Shown here: piece by piece, positions 9,561 to 17,013 of the stretch | Numbering within the stretch: the stretch's first letter is position 1 | Layout: each line of letters starts with the position of its first letter | Virus record (IMG/VR): IMGVR_UViG_3300046003_007892 | Coordinates: 124,001-188,000 of that record | Reading direction: 5' to 3' (one strand) | DNA: 64,000 nucleotides | Made by a program: the position numbers and the translations under genes | The notes under the pieces: model-generated | What the model saw: only the letters and a program-made list of their open reading frames with translations | Databases searched by the model: none | Told to the model about the DNA's origin: nothing

Positions 9561-9782
9561 ATGACCATCAAGAACATCACCCACTGCTATCCGCCCGGTT
9601 TCGAGGACGGAGACGACGATGCGAAGACCTACGACGTCATCCAGTACGCAGACGGCACGGTGGTCATCCACAGCGAGTCCACCAGCCAGACCCTGACCGC
9701 CAAGGAAGGTGTTCCGCAGGAATTCCGTTCGGCGGTGACGCTCGGCAAGAAGCTGGCGAAACAGGCTATAGGGTGGCGATGA
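9561..9782 (+). CDS. Hypothetical protein
   Basis: 73-aa ORF with phage-like codon usage. Confidence 0.55.
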   Translation: MTIKNITHCYPPGFEDGDDDAKTYDVIQYADGTVVIHSESTSQTLTAKEGVPQEFRSAVTLGKKLAKQAIGWR

Positions 9783-10155
9783 TCTCGGCCTGAGGACAAC
9801 CGCGCTTCACGGCGGCCGGAGTGGCGGGGAGTTCGCCGATCAGGATGACTTTGATCGTCAGGTTCTTGCAGTCGATGACGTGCGAATCACACATGAACCC
9901 GTCCGAGTAGATTACGAGTTCGCCCTGGCCGCAGTCGTGCTTGTCCGCCCAATCGACGACCGGCTGGAACAGGGTTCCCCCACCAGAACGCAGACGCTGG
10001 CTCCGAAGCGAGCCCACGCAGGTCTCGGACATAACCTCCGTTGTGAATGTGCAGACGAAATCGAGGGGATGGCCGCGCTTCTCGATATCGGAGACCACCG
10101 CTTCCAGCGTCTCCGCCGTGATTCCACCCGACACGTCGATGGCGAACAGTCTCAT
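9766..10155 (-). CDS. Stand-alone vWA-like (MIDAS) protein
   Basis: AIDVSGGI, GGGTLF, VIYSDG. Confidence 0.75.
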   Translation of the reverse strand: MRLFAIDVSGGITAETLEAVVSDIEKRGHPLDFVCTFTTEVMSETCVGSLRSQRLRSGGGTLFQPVVDWADKHDCGQGELVIYSDGFMCDSHVIDCKNLTIKVILIGELPATPAAVKRGCPQAEIIATL

Positions 10156-10589
10156 GCGCGGGTTTCCTTGCGGGCTGCTTTCTGGCGAGCCAGGGACCGC
10201 TGGCGGTCACGTACCTTCTTGCGGATAATGTTCATGGTCGTGACGTCCATGAGTTCGACGGAGAACTCGTCGGCGGGGCCGTTGTATTCGGCCATCAGGG
10301 CGCCGACCAGACGCTCTGCCGGAGTGGCGAGCGGGAACACGCGTTCGCGGACGATGCAGGACGTGTCGTGCGCGAGTTTGAACTTGGCCGCGTCGATCTC
10401 GGACAGCCAGATGGGCCGCTCGTAGACGTCGGCGAGGGTATGGGAGTTCGAGCGGAACACGTAGAGGACCGTCGAATGATTGTGGGCGAACTTCCACGTC
10501 GGGCAGTTGTCGTCCAGCCATGCGATCACGGTCGGCCACACCGACGAGTGCAGACGGACGTTCAGGAACGCGGTGTTAGGGCGGCTCAC
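10152..10589 (-). CDS. Hypothetical protein (small-family member)
   Basis: GTGA overlap; VIAWLDDNCPTW...WLSEIDAAKFKLAH. Confidence 0.7.
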   Translation of the reverse strand: MSRPNTAFLNVRLHSSVWPTVIAWLDDNCPTWKFAHNHSTVLYVFRSNSHTLADVYERPIWLSEIDAAKFKLAHDTSCIVRERVFPLATPAERLVGALMAEYNGPADEFSVELMDVTTMNIIRKKVRDRQRSLARQKAARKETRA

Positions 10590-10891
10590 AGGCTCGTCCT
10601 CAGGCCGGTCACGCGCTCGAAGACGGGGCGGAGTTGGTCGTTGAAGAGACCATCGACCTTCTCGACCTCGGTGACTTCGAGGTTGGTCGGCGAGTAGCGC
10701 GAGAACGTGATGTTGTAGAGATCGGCCCCGGTGAGTTCGATGGTCACGCGGTTGATGCGCTTGAGGGCGCGGCCGATCTGGAACTGAAGGCTGGTCGGCG
10801 TGGACTGAAGGTTCTTCGCGCCGGTCATGGCAGCGAAGCGGCTTCCGCCAAGCTGGTTCAGGATGGTGTGGGCGACGGTTTGATCGGACAT
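10586..10891 (-). CDS. Conserved phage hypothetical protein
   Basis: TILNQLGG..FAAMTGAKN...DLYNITF...QLRPVFERVTGLRTSL. Confidence 0.75.
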   Translation of the reverse strand: MSDQTVAHTILNQLGGSRFAAMTGAKNLQSTPTSLQFQIGRALKRINRVTIELTGADLYNITFSRYSPTNLEVTEVEKVDGLFNDQLRPVFERVTGLRTSL

Positions 10892-11253
10892 CAGATTGCC
10901 ACCACGCCGCAGGTGACTTCACCGAACATGGCCGGGGTGCCGTTCAGGGGCGGGAAGATTTTGCGGAACTGGCCGGGGAGGACGCGGTCGGGCTGGTCTT
11001 CGCCGCCGATGACGACGCGGTCCACCAGGATGCGGTAGCGTTGGCATCCTTCGAGACGGTCATTCCCGATGGCCTCCAGCACGCCTTCCACATAGGCGGC
11101 GCGCTCGCTGTCGGTTTCCATCCCGAGCACGACGTTGCCGGGAGTGATGAGCGGGAAGTCGAAGGACCGGACCCGCTGGCCGACCGTCAGGGTCTTGCCA
11201 TAGATGTCGGTCGTCGAGGTCAGGGTGGCGGGGTCAAACGTCGGGTTCGTCAT
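10891..11253 (-). CDS. Hypothetical protein
   Basis: GGAG SD; coupled stop/start. Confidence 0.65.
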   Translation of the reverse strand: MTNPTFDPATLTSTTDIYGKTLTVGQRVRSFDFPLITPGNVVLGMETDSERAAYVEGVLEAIGNDRLEGCQRYRILVDRVVIGGEDQPDRVLPGQFRKIFPPLNGTPAMFGEVTCGVVAI

Positions 11254-11312
11254 GGCGATCTCCTCAAACTTGACTCGTTTTCGCATGCCGCGAAAATCTT
11301 GTCAAGTAAATA

Positions 11313-11453
11313 TCAGTGACCCTTGCGCGGACCCTTCGGCGGCTGGTTCATGCGGTGGAAGTTCTTGACCGGCTTGCCCGGAAGGGCACCGGCCTCGAAA
11401 CGGCTCCAGCGGCCATAGTTGTCCGAGAACCTGATGTTGAAGATCATGTTCAT
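11313..11453 (-). CDS. Small hypothetical protein (46 aa)
   Basis: ATGA overlap with upstream stop; MNMIFNIRFSDNYGRW. Confidence 0.45.
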   Translation of the reverse strand: MNMIFNIRFSDNYGRWSRFEAGALPGKPVKNFHRMNQPPKGPRKGH

Positions 11454-11740
11454 GTGTAGGCCTCCAGCATGTCGGCGGCGCGGCGAATGGCGCGCTCATA
11501 GTCGAGATCGGCGGACGGGTCGGCGGGCAGGTGCTTGCGCAGATCGGCCACGAGTTCATCCCGCTCGGTGACGCGGAGTTCGGCCAGGAGCTTCTTGAAG
11601 TCCTTGATGGCCGCGTCGCGGTCGGGCGTCAGCACGTGCAGGGCCTGCAAGTTGGCGATGTGACCCTCGGTCTGCTTGATCATGTGTTCGGTCGGGGCGC
11701 CGCTGGCGACGAGTACCCGCATCCCTTTGGCGAAATCCAT
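11450..11740 (-). CDS. Hypothetical protein
   Basis: TGATG coupling, GGGAGG SD. Confidence 0.65.
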   Translation of the reverse strand: MDFAKGMRVLVASGAPTEHMIKQTEGHIANLQALHVLTPDRDAAIKDFKKLLAELRVTERDELVADLRKHLPADPSADLDYERAIRRAADMLEAYT

Positions 11741-12036
11741 CACGCCCTCCCTGCCATAACGTTGTCGTAGTGTTCCTGGCCGTAGGCCCTGATGTAGGAG
11801 GCCTTGATGATCTCGGCCTTCCGGTTCTTCAAGACGGTGGCGCACATATCGAGCGAGTCGCCCGCCGAGATTTGCTCGAAGCCTTCGCGCCAGACGATCT
11901 TGGTGTGGCCGAACTTCACCACGGAGCCGCGCCCGTATTCGTCCACGACGATGGCGGCGGTCTTGGGGTCACGGCAGGAGGCGACATAGACGCCGTCCGG
12001 GCCGAACACTTTCCAGTCGTGGGATTCGCGAGCCAT
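11740..12036 (-). CDS. Hypothetical protein
   Basis: AAGGAG SD; upstream TTGACA-N16-TAGGTG. Confidence 0.7.
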   Translation of the reverse strand: MARESHDWKVFGPDGVYVASCRDPKTAAIVVDEYGRGSVVKFGHTKIVWREGFEQISAGDSLDMCATVLKNRKAEIIKASYIRAYGQEHYDNVMAGRA

Positions 12037-12098
12037 CAGTTTCTCCTTCACGACCATCACCTAGCATGGTTCGGCAAGGTGTCAATGTTTATTTGACA

Positions 12099-12130
12099 AA
12101 AAAGGGCCCCCACGCTTGCGAGGACCCCTC
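12099..12130 (-). terminator. Intrinsic terminator
   Basis: GC-rich hairpin followed by T6 on minus strand. Confidence 0.65.
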
Positions 12131-12139
12131 CGACCAGAT

Positions 12140-12235
12140 TTAGCGATGCTTCACGAGATACTGAGCGGTTCCTCTCGGGTGTTTCCGAGCGTCTCGCCAC
12201 GCGTTGTCACCGGTCTTTCTTTTTTGCCCAACCAC
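12140..12235 (-). other. Short transcription unit: 31-aa basic peptide or structured sRNA
   Basis: TTGACA at 12258-12263 and terminator at 12099-12130 bracket GTG..TAA encoding VVGQKRKTGDNAWRDARKHPRGTAQYLVKHR. Confidence 0.35.
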
Positions 12236-12402
12236 TCTGGATGCTGCCCCATTTCCTGTCAAGTAAATATTTCACTTTTCTGAAAAAGTATTTTGACCTC
12301 AAGGGGTTAACTATGGCTAAATAGGTTCACACGGGAATTCACCCGTGGTGGGCAGGAAGACCTCTCAAGACGGAGAGGCAGCTAAGACCCACAAGGAGAA
12401 AT

Positions 12403-13053
12403 ATGACTGCTACCCCACAAGGGCGGCGCGTAAATGCGCATGCCATAAAATCCCCCACAATCGAAACCCCCACCATCATCGAGTTTATCCTCGACGAGAC
12501 CGGCTCCATGGGTGTCTGCAAAGATGCTGTCGTGGCCGGGTTCAACGACTACATAGAAGAACAGCGAAGTGTGCCGGGCCTGTGCCAGATCACACTGACC
12601 AAGTTCGAGGGCGGCAAGCTCGTCACGCCGTATCAAGACCTCGACATCGGGCTCGTGCCCCTCATGACTGACCGGATGTTCAATCCTGGTGGCATGACCA
12701 ACCTCTACGATGCCATCGGCGAGCGGATAGCTTCCGTTCAAGAGCGCACTCGGGATTGGTCTGTGACGCCAAACGTCCTGATCGTCGTCATGACTGACGG
12801 TGCCGACAACCAGAGCCGGGACTATTCACACAAGGCCATCAAATCGGTCCTGTGGTCCCACCAGCGTCTGGGCTGGACGTGCGTCTATCTGGGCGCACAG
12901 GAAGGAGCGATGAAGATCGCCTCCGGCCTCGGCTTCAAAGAAGGCAACATCAAATGCTTCAAGCAAGCACAGATGAAAGAGACCATGCGTGATCTCTCTG
13001 CCGCCACCACGGTCTACCGCACTCAACCTGCTACCGCAGCAGCGTTCTTCTAA
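12403..13053 (+). CDS. vWA domain protein
   Basis: FILDETGSM, GGMTNLYDAIG, VMTDGADNQS; AAGGAG SD. Confidence 0.92.
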   Translation: MTATPQGRRVNAHAIKSPTIETPTIIEFILDETGSMGVCKDAVVAGFNDYIEEQRSVPGLCQITLTKFEGGKLVTPYQDLDIGLVPLMTDRMFNPGGMTNLYDAIGERIASVQERTRDWSVTPNVLIVVMTDGADNQSRDYSHKAIKSVLWSHQRLGWTCVYLGAQEGAMKIASGLGFKEGNIKCFKQAQMKETMRDLSAATTVYRTQPATAAAFF

Positions 13054-13063
13054 GGATAACGAA

Positions 13064-13954
13064 ATGAAAACCAACGAATTTGAAATCCGGCTCCTGATCA
13101 AGGGCCGCCCGGTCGTCGAATACCCCCACAACGGACGCACCTTCATTGAAGGTCGCGAAGGTAGTGAGTTCGAGATCGAGTTCATCAATCACCGCGCTGA
13201 GCGAGTCGAAGCCCTCATCTCCGTCGATGGCCTTTCGGTCACGGACGGCAAGACCGCTGGCATCGAGTCCACCGGCTATCTCGTCGAGCCAAACGGTCGC
13301 ATCACCATTCCGGGCTGGAAGCTCAACAACGAAGCCGTGGCGAAGTTCTTCTTCTCCGGCAAGAACAAATCCTACTCCACCCAGACGACCGGGTCGTCGG
13401 CCAACAACGGCGTCATCGGCGCCATGGTCTTCAGGGAGCGTTACGTTCTGCCCGTGCATGTGGCTCCTCCGGGCGTCTATCACCAGTACCTGCGCGGTGG
13501 CGTTTGGGGCGGGTCGGCAGGAGACGTCAACACCACGCTGATCGGCATGAACGGTGGTTCTGGTCTCGACGCGGATACCCTGGATGGCTTCGGAGTGGCG
13601 TCGTTCACCTCCGCAATGGCCTGTTCTGCTCCTCTTGAGCGGTCGCGGGCGGCTGCTCCCCCGAGCGGGGCTCGTCGCAAGGGTATCGCCACAACCCTTC
13701 AGAACACTCGGCCGGAAACCGTGACCTTGAACCAACTCGGCACTGGCTTCGGTCGCGCTGAGGAGTTCGCCACCACGGTGGTGTCGTTCGAACGCGGTGA
13801 TCTGGCTGCCCAGATCGTCGTCTACTACGACAACGCTCAAGGCCTGAAGGCTCGGGGCATCCAGGTCGGTCGTCCGTCGCGGCTCAAGTATGCTGTGGAG
13901 CCTCAGGCATTCCCTGGCATGGGCTGCACGCCGCCGAAAGACTGGCGGGCGTAA
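13064..13954 (+). CDS. Conserved hypothetical protein (beta-rich N-domain), vWA neighbour
   Basis: ISVDGLSV..G...GYLV....IPGW...F.F...SY...GVIGAMVFRE; strong codon bias. Confidence 0.8.
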   Translation: MKTNEFEIRLLIKGRPVVEYPHNGRTFIEGREGSEFEIEFINHRAERVEALISVDGLSVTDGKTAGIESTGYLVEPNGRITIPGWKLNNEAVAKFFFSGKNKSYSTQTTGSSANNGVIGAMVFRERYVLPVHVAPPGVYHQYLRGGVWGGSAGDVNTTLIGMNGGSGLDADTLDGFGVASFTSAMACSAPLERSRAAAPPSGARRKGIATTLQNTRPETVTLNQLGTGFGRAEEFATTVVSFERGDLAAQIVVYYDNAQGLKARGIQVGRPSRLKYAVEPQAFPGMGCTPPKDWRA

Positions 13955-13960
13955 TAAATA

Positions 13961-13993
13961 AGGGGGAGGGGTTTCGGCCCCTCCTTTCTTTTT
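13961..13993 (+). terminator. Intrinsic terminator
   Basis: GGAGGGG-tttcgg-CCCCTCC then T-rich run. Confidence 0.85.
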
Positions 13994-13996
13994 ATG

Positions 13997-14025
13997 TTGA
14001 CACCCTGAGTGGTATCGCCTACATT
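13997..14025 (+). promoter_or_regulatory. Sigma70-type promoter
   Basis: TTGACA-N17-TACATT. Confidence 0.75.
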
Positions 14026-14066
14026 CAAATCTCAACCCCGGCTCGGGTTCGCCCCGGCCACCTTTC

Positions 14067-14199
14067 GGAGACTACCGTCGTGACCATGTAGATTGCTACT
14101 AACGACATTCTGACCGACCACCAGATCGACTCCCCGTGCCTCCCGCACGGTACGGAGCCGGTCTTTTTTTGTGCCCGGAGTTCGCTCCAATGGAAATGA
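14067..14199 (+). promoter_or_regulatory. Attenuator-like leader: amber-interrupted uORF, terminator and SD-sequestering hairpin
   Basis: GGAG-N9-GTG ACC ATG TAG; readthrough frame stays open to TGA 14197-14199 overlapping ATG 14196; hairpin 14134-14150 and T7 at 14164-14170; GGAG-TTCG-CTCC at 14177-14188. Confidence 0.55.
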
Positions 14200-14525
14200 A
14201 GGATGACTTCTATGACGACAATCTAGATCGCACCTACAACGAATCGGACCTGGAGATACACGCTCTCCTGTTCGATGATGATGATGACTACGAGTGGGAA
14301 GACAGGCCCGCCATAGCCACTATCCGACAGCAGTATCCGGGCTGGTACTTGATGAAGATCATCAACTACTCGGCTCCCAAGCTCGCTGAAATCGAGAAGT
14401 GGCTCGAAGACAATACGAGGGGGCGTTGGGCCCGCATCGGTTGGTCTTCAGGCTGTGCCTACACGGTCGGTCTCGCTTTCGAGAACGACTACGACACCCT
14501 CCTCTACAAGCTGCAATGGCAGTGA
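14190..14525 (+). CDS. Hypothetical protein (small-family member)
   Basis: IEKWLEDNTRGRW...AFENDYDTLLYKLQW; start 14190 or 14196. Confidence 0.75.
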   Translation: MEMKDDFYDDNLDRTYNESDLEIHALLFDDDDDYEWEDRPAIATIRQQYPGWYLMKIINYSAPKLAEIEKWLEDNTRGRWARIGWSSGCAYTVGLAFENDYDTLLYKLQWQ

Positions 14526-14551
14526 AACTCATCTCATCAAAGGAAAACACC

Positions 14552-15124
14552 ATGTCTGCTCTGAACCTCAAGCCCACTTTCACCGACCGCGAATCCTACA
14601 AGGCCTGGATTGCCTCGTGGCGGGCCGCCTACCGCGAAATGTCCCAGGACATCCGCACGCGGAAATACAAGCTCAAGGACGCCCAGCGGGCCGAAGAGAG
14701 CAACGCCGGAACCCTTCAGGCCCAGCTTCGTCAGCACCGCCACATGGCGGCCAAGATGATGATGCTCCGTGAGGAGGCCACGCAGCGTCGTGACCGAATC
14801 CTGGGCATGCACAAAGCCCTGAAGGAACAGTTCGACTCGTTCCCGCTCGACCTCGGCACCTGCAAGAACGTCGATTTCCACTTCAACAAGGGTCACATCG
14901 AATTCCCCTTCCTGCCCATGTGGGCTCTGAAGGTGAAGGGCCAGACCTTCTACGTCCACAACATCGAGTCCGAGGCTCCGTGGAATACCCACGAGCGTTC
15001 CTCGGGTTCGACCAAGGGCGTGCTCCGCTTCAAGAAATGCAACATCGTGATCGATCAGTCCGGCACTGCTCGCATCACGGAGGCCGTCGATTTTTTCGTT
15101 GACGAAATGGCGGAGGCAGCATAG
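14552..15124 (+). CDS. Hypothetical protein
   Basis: AAAGGA SD; FHFNK...PMWALKVKGQTFYV...TKG; ends TAG GAG TAA. Confidence 0.8.
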   Translation: MSALNLKPTFTDRESYKAWIASWRAAYREMSQDIRTRKYKLKDAQRAEESNAGTLQAQLRQHRHMAAKMMMLREEATQRRDRILGMHKALKEQFDSFPLDLGTCKNVDFHFNKGHIEFPFLPMWALKVKGQTFYVHNIESEAPWNTHERSSGSTKGVLRFKKCNIVIDQSGTARITEAVDFFVDEMAEAA

Positions 15125-15417
15125 GAGTAAAGGACTGAGAGTGTCTTGGAGGCCGAGACCGCATTCTGGAACTAAGCGACTTCCCGCAAGGGACGCTCCA
15201 GATGCCCGAACGCTAGCCAAGTAGTCCTCCAAGCGGAGGCAAGAAGTGGGCGCACATCCTGCCGCACTCTCTAGACCCGGCGACGGGTCGAGGTAGAAGC
15301 TCTGAAGCACAAGGAAATCCTCTCGGGGATAGTGTGCCCTCGGAATTGGCGGCTCTTAGCGGGGTCGTCATGTAGCCGGGGAGGTATGGAGGTGAAAATC
15401 CCCCTGAGCATCTATTA
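15125..15417 (+). ncRNA. Unidentified ~290-nt structured RNA with predicted pseudoknot
   Basis: GNRA hairpins (tccc-GCAA-ggga, gacccg-GCGA-cgggtc, ggt-GAAA-atc); crossing helices 15131-36/15223-28 and 15137-44/15264-71; no plausible ORF. Confidence 0.7.
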
Positions 15418-15418
15418 C

Positions 15419-15487
15419 GCGCCCGAAAGGCCTATCCTGGGCTTCTAACCCCCAAGGGTGAGGTTTCGATTACCTCCGGGCGCACCA
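15419..15487 (+). tRNA. D-armless tRNA-like element; anticodon CUA by register (UCU alternative)
   Basis: Acceptor GCGCCCG/CGGGCGC+A+CCA; T arm GAGGT-TTCGATT-ACCTC; anticodon stem TGGG/CCCA; only 12 nt replace the D arm. Confidence 0.7.
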
Positions 15488-15494
15488 TTTTGAG

Positions 15495-15530
15495 GAAAGG
15501 CGGGGACCAGCGGGTCTCCGCCTTTCTTTC
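15495..15530 (+). terminator. Strong hairpin, probable terminator
   Basis: GAAAGGCGGGGACC-agcg-GGTCTCCGCCTTTC then TTTC. Confidence 0.75.
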
Positions 15531-15654
15531 ACAGGCTTCGGTGGCTTGGGAACCTGGGACCCAAGCGACTGTTGAGCCGCCATTGTCTTCGGAGGTGGCG
15601 GTGTGGGGGCGGTATGGATTTGGCGGCGCCGCTGGCCTGCCGTCCCCAACCAGC

Positions 15655-15730
15655 GCGTCGTTAGCTCAGATGGTAGAGCATCGGCTTCTAACACCGAGGG
15701 TCACGGGTTCGAGTCCCGTCCGACGCGCCA
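15655..15730 (+). tRNA. tRNA with CUA anticodon (amber suppressor candidate)
   Basis: 76 nt; D stem GCTC/GAGC; anticodon stem TCGG/CCGA with C31-A39 mismatch puts CTA at 34-36 (15688-15690); T arm ACGGG/CCCGT; G73, encoded CCA. Confidence 0.85.
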
Positions 15731-15783
15731 TTTCCTTTACAATAAATCTTGCCTTTGCTGCATTGCGATGGTATCCCTATTTT

Positions 15784-16371
15784 ATGCAAAATAGTAATGT
15801 CTCTTTGGTCCGAGCAGATGGCTCGCCCCGCATCCGCGTCAACCTGGACGTCGATGGCGTCATGTGTGATTTCGATGGCTGGTGCCGCACCAACTACGGT
15901 GGCGGCTCGCGCGAACTCTCGTTCGAAAACCCCGATGGCAGCATCCTGACTGGCGACGAAGCCCTGTGGGCCTATGTCGATCAGCACCCGGAGTTCTGGC
16001 TCGACATGCCGTTCTTCTACGGTGCCGACGAAATCATGGACATCTGCCGCCCCTACGGCGTCCGGTTCCTGACCGGCTGCCCGCGCGATGAGAATCGTTT
16101 CGCTCGCGCCTCGGCCGAAAAGGTCCAGAAACTGAACGGCAAGTTCCCCGGCATCGAAGTCGTCACGTGCTGGTCGAAGCACAAGATGCTCCACATGCAG
16201 GAGCCCGGCGACATCCTGGTCGATGATTTCATCGCCAACATTCGCCGCTGGGAAAAGGCGGGCGGCTGCGCGGTCTACTTCAAGACCCACAAGCAGGCCG
16301 TGTCCGATCTCCGTTCGGCTCTGGCTCGTCAGTTCCCCGACATCAAAGCGGGCGAGCGCGTCTGGGTGTGA
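15784..16371 (+). CDS. HAD-family 5'(3')-deoxyribonucleotidase-like
   Basis: NLDVDGVMCDF, FLTG, ILVDD...N...W..AGG. Confidence 0.88.
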   Translation: MQNSNVSLVRADGSPRIRVNLDVDGVMCDFDGWCRTNYGGGSRELSFENPDGSILTGDEALWAYVDQHPEFWLDMPFFYGADEIMDICRPYGVRFLTGCPRDENRFARASAEKVQKLNGKFPGIEVVTCWSKHKMLHMQEPGDILVDDFIANIRRWEKAGGCAVYFKTHKQAVSDLRSALARQFPDIKAGERVWV

Positions 16372-16757
16372 TGACCACGGTCCTCTATCCTCTGTCACCA
16401 CGCCAGAAGATCATGGCCTTGATCATTCACGCCCATGCGGCTGTACTGAATAAGAAAAGCCGGTCGTATCCCGACGCAGATTTCGGCGACATCGACTGGT
16501 TTTTCGAGGTCAAAGAGTTCGGCTACACGATGAACTTCAGACTATCGAGTCCTCACGAAATCATGACCCGTGACTGGAAGGTCTATATGGACCCTTCTCT
16601 TCAGGATATGAATTTCGTAGCCAACACCGATGACTTCGGATATTTCACCAAATCGTTCTGGCAACTCTACAGAGACGTCAACGCGGTCTTCGCCAAAGAG
16701 CCGACGCCCGACTGGTTGGTGCCTCGTCTGAAGAAAATAGGGGGCTGTCATCCCTAA
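16368..16757 (+). CDS. Hypothetical protein
   Basis: GTGA coupling; 129 aa. Confidence 0.65.
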   Translation: MMTTVLYPLSPRQKIMALIIHAHAAVLNKKSRSYPDADFGDIDWFFEVKEFGYTMNFRLSSPHEIMTRDWKVYMDPSLQDMNFVANTDDFGYFTKSFWQLYRDVNAVFAKEPTPDWLVPRLKKIGGCHP

Positions 16758-17013
16758 GGCGCGAAAGAAAAAATGTTTCCGGCGCCTCTACACGCCGGAC
16801 TCGACCGGACTCGAATTCCGTTTCGATTTCGTTCGTCCGCTGGGTTCTCGGGCGCGGGCAACGCACCCTCTACGGGATGACCAGTTGCAGGAAATGTGGG
16901 GGCATTGGAGCCGTGACAGCATCGAGCTAGATGACGAGCGGCAGATGATCTCGCTCTACTTTGAGGATGAACGTGATTTTGTCCTCGCCAGCCTGACAAT
17001 TCCCGCAGAATAA
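16750..17013 (+). CDS. Probable small-family protein lacking a canonical start codon
   Basis: Frame open 16741-17013 ending LYFEDERDFVLASLTIPAE; possible ATC start after GGGGG. Confidence 0.45.
   Translation: MPKARKKKCFRRLYTPDSTGLEFRFDFVRPLGSRARATHPLRDDQLQEMWGHWSRDSIELDDERQMISLYFEDERDFVLASLTIPAE

Noticed and set aside
15125-15487. tmRNA or RNase P RNA
   Set aside because: No G3-U70 alanyl acceptor or tag frame; no GAGGAAAGUCC / ACAGAA..CGGC P4 signatures.
15419-15730. Calling both elements tRNA-Arg(UCU)
   Set aside because: CTTCTAA is present, but stem pairing and the 10-nt distance to the T stem centre CTA, and the 15655 tRNA lacks the Arg determinant A20. Kept as an alternative only.
15419-15730. 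Pyrrolysine tRNA or theta (HDV-like) ribozyme
   Set aside because: No 6-bp anticodon stem or short variable loop of tRNA-Pyl, no pylS/BCD in the window, and no HDV-like double pseudoknot directly 3' of either tRNA.
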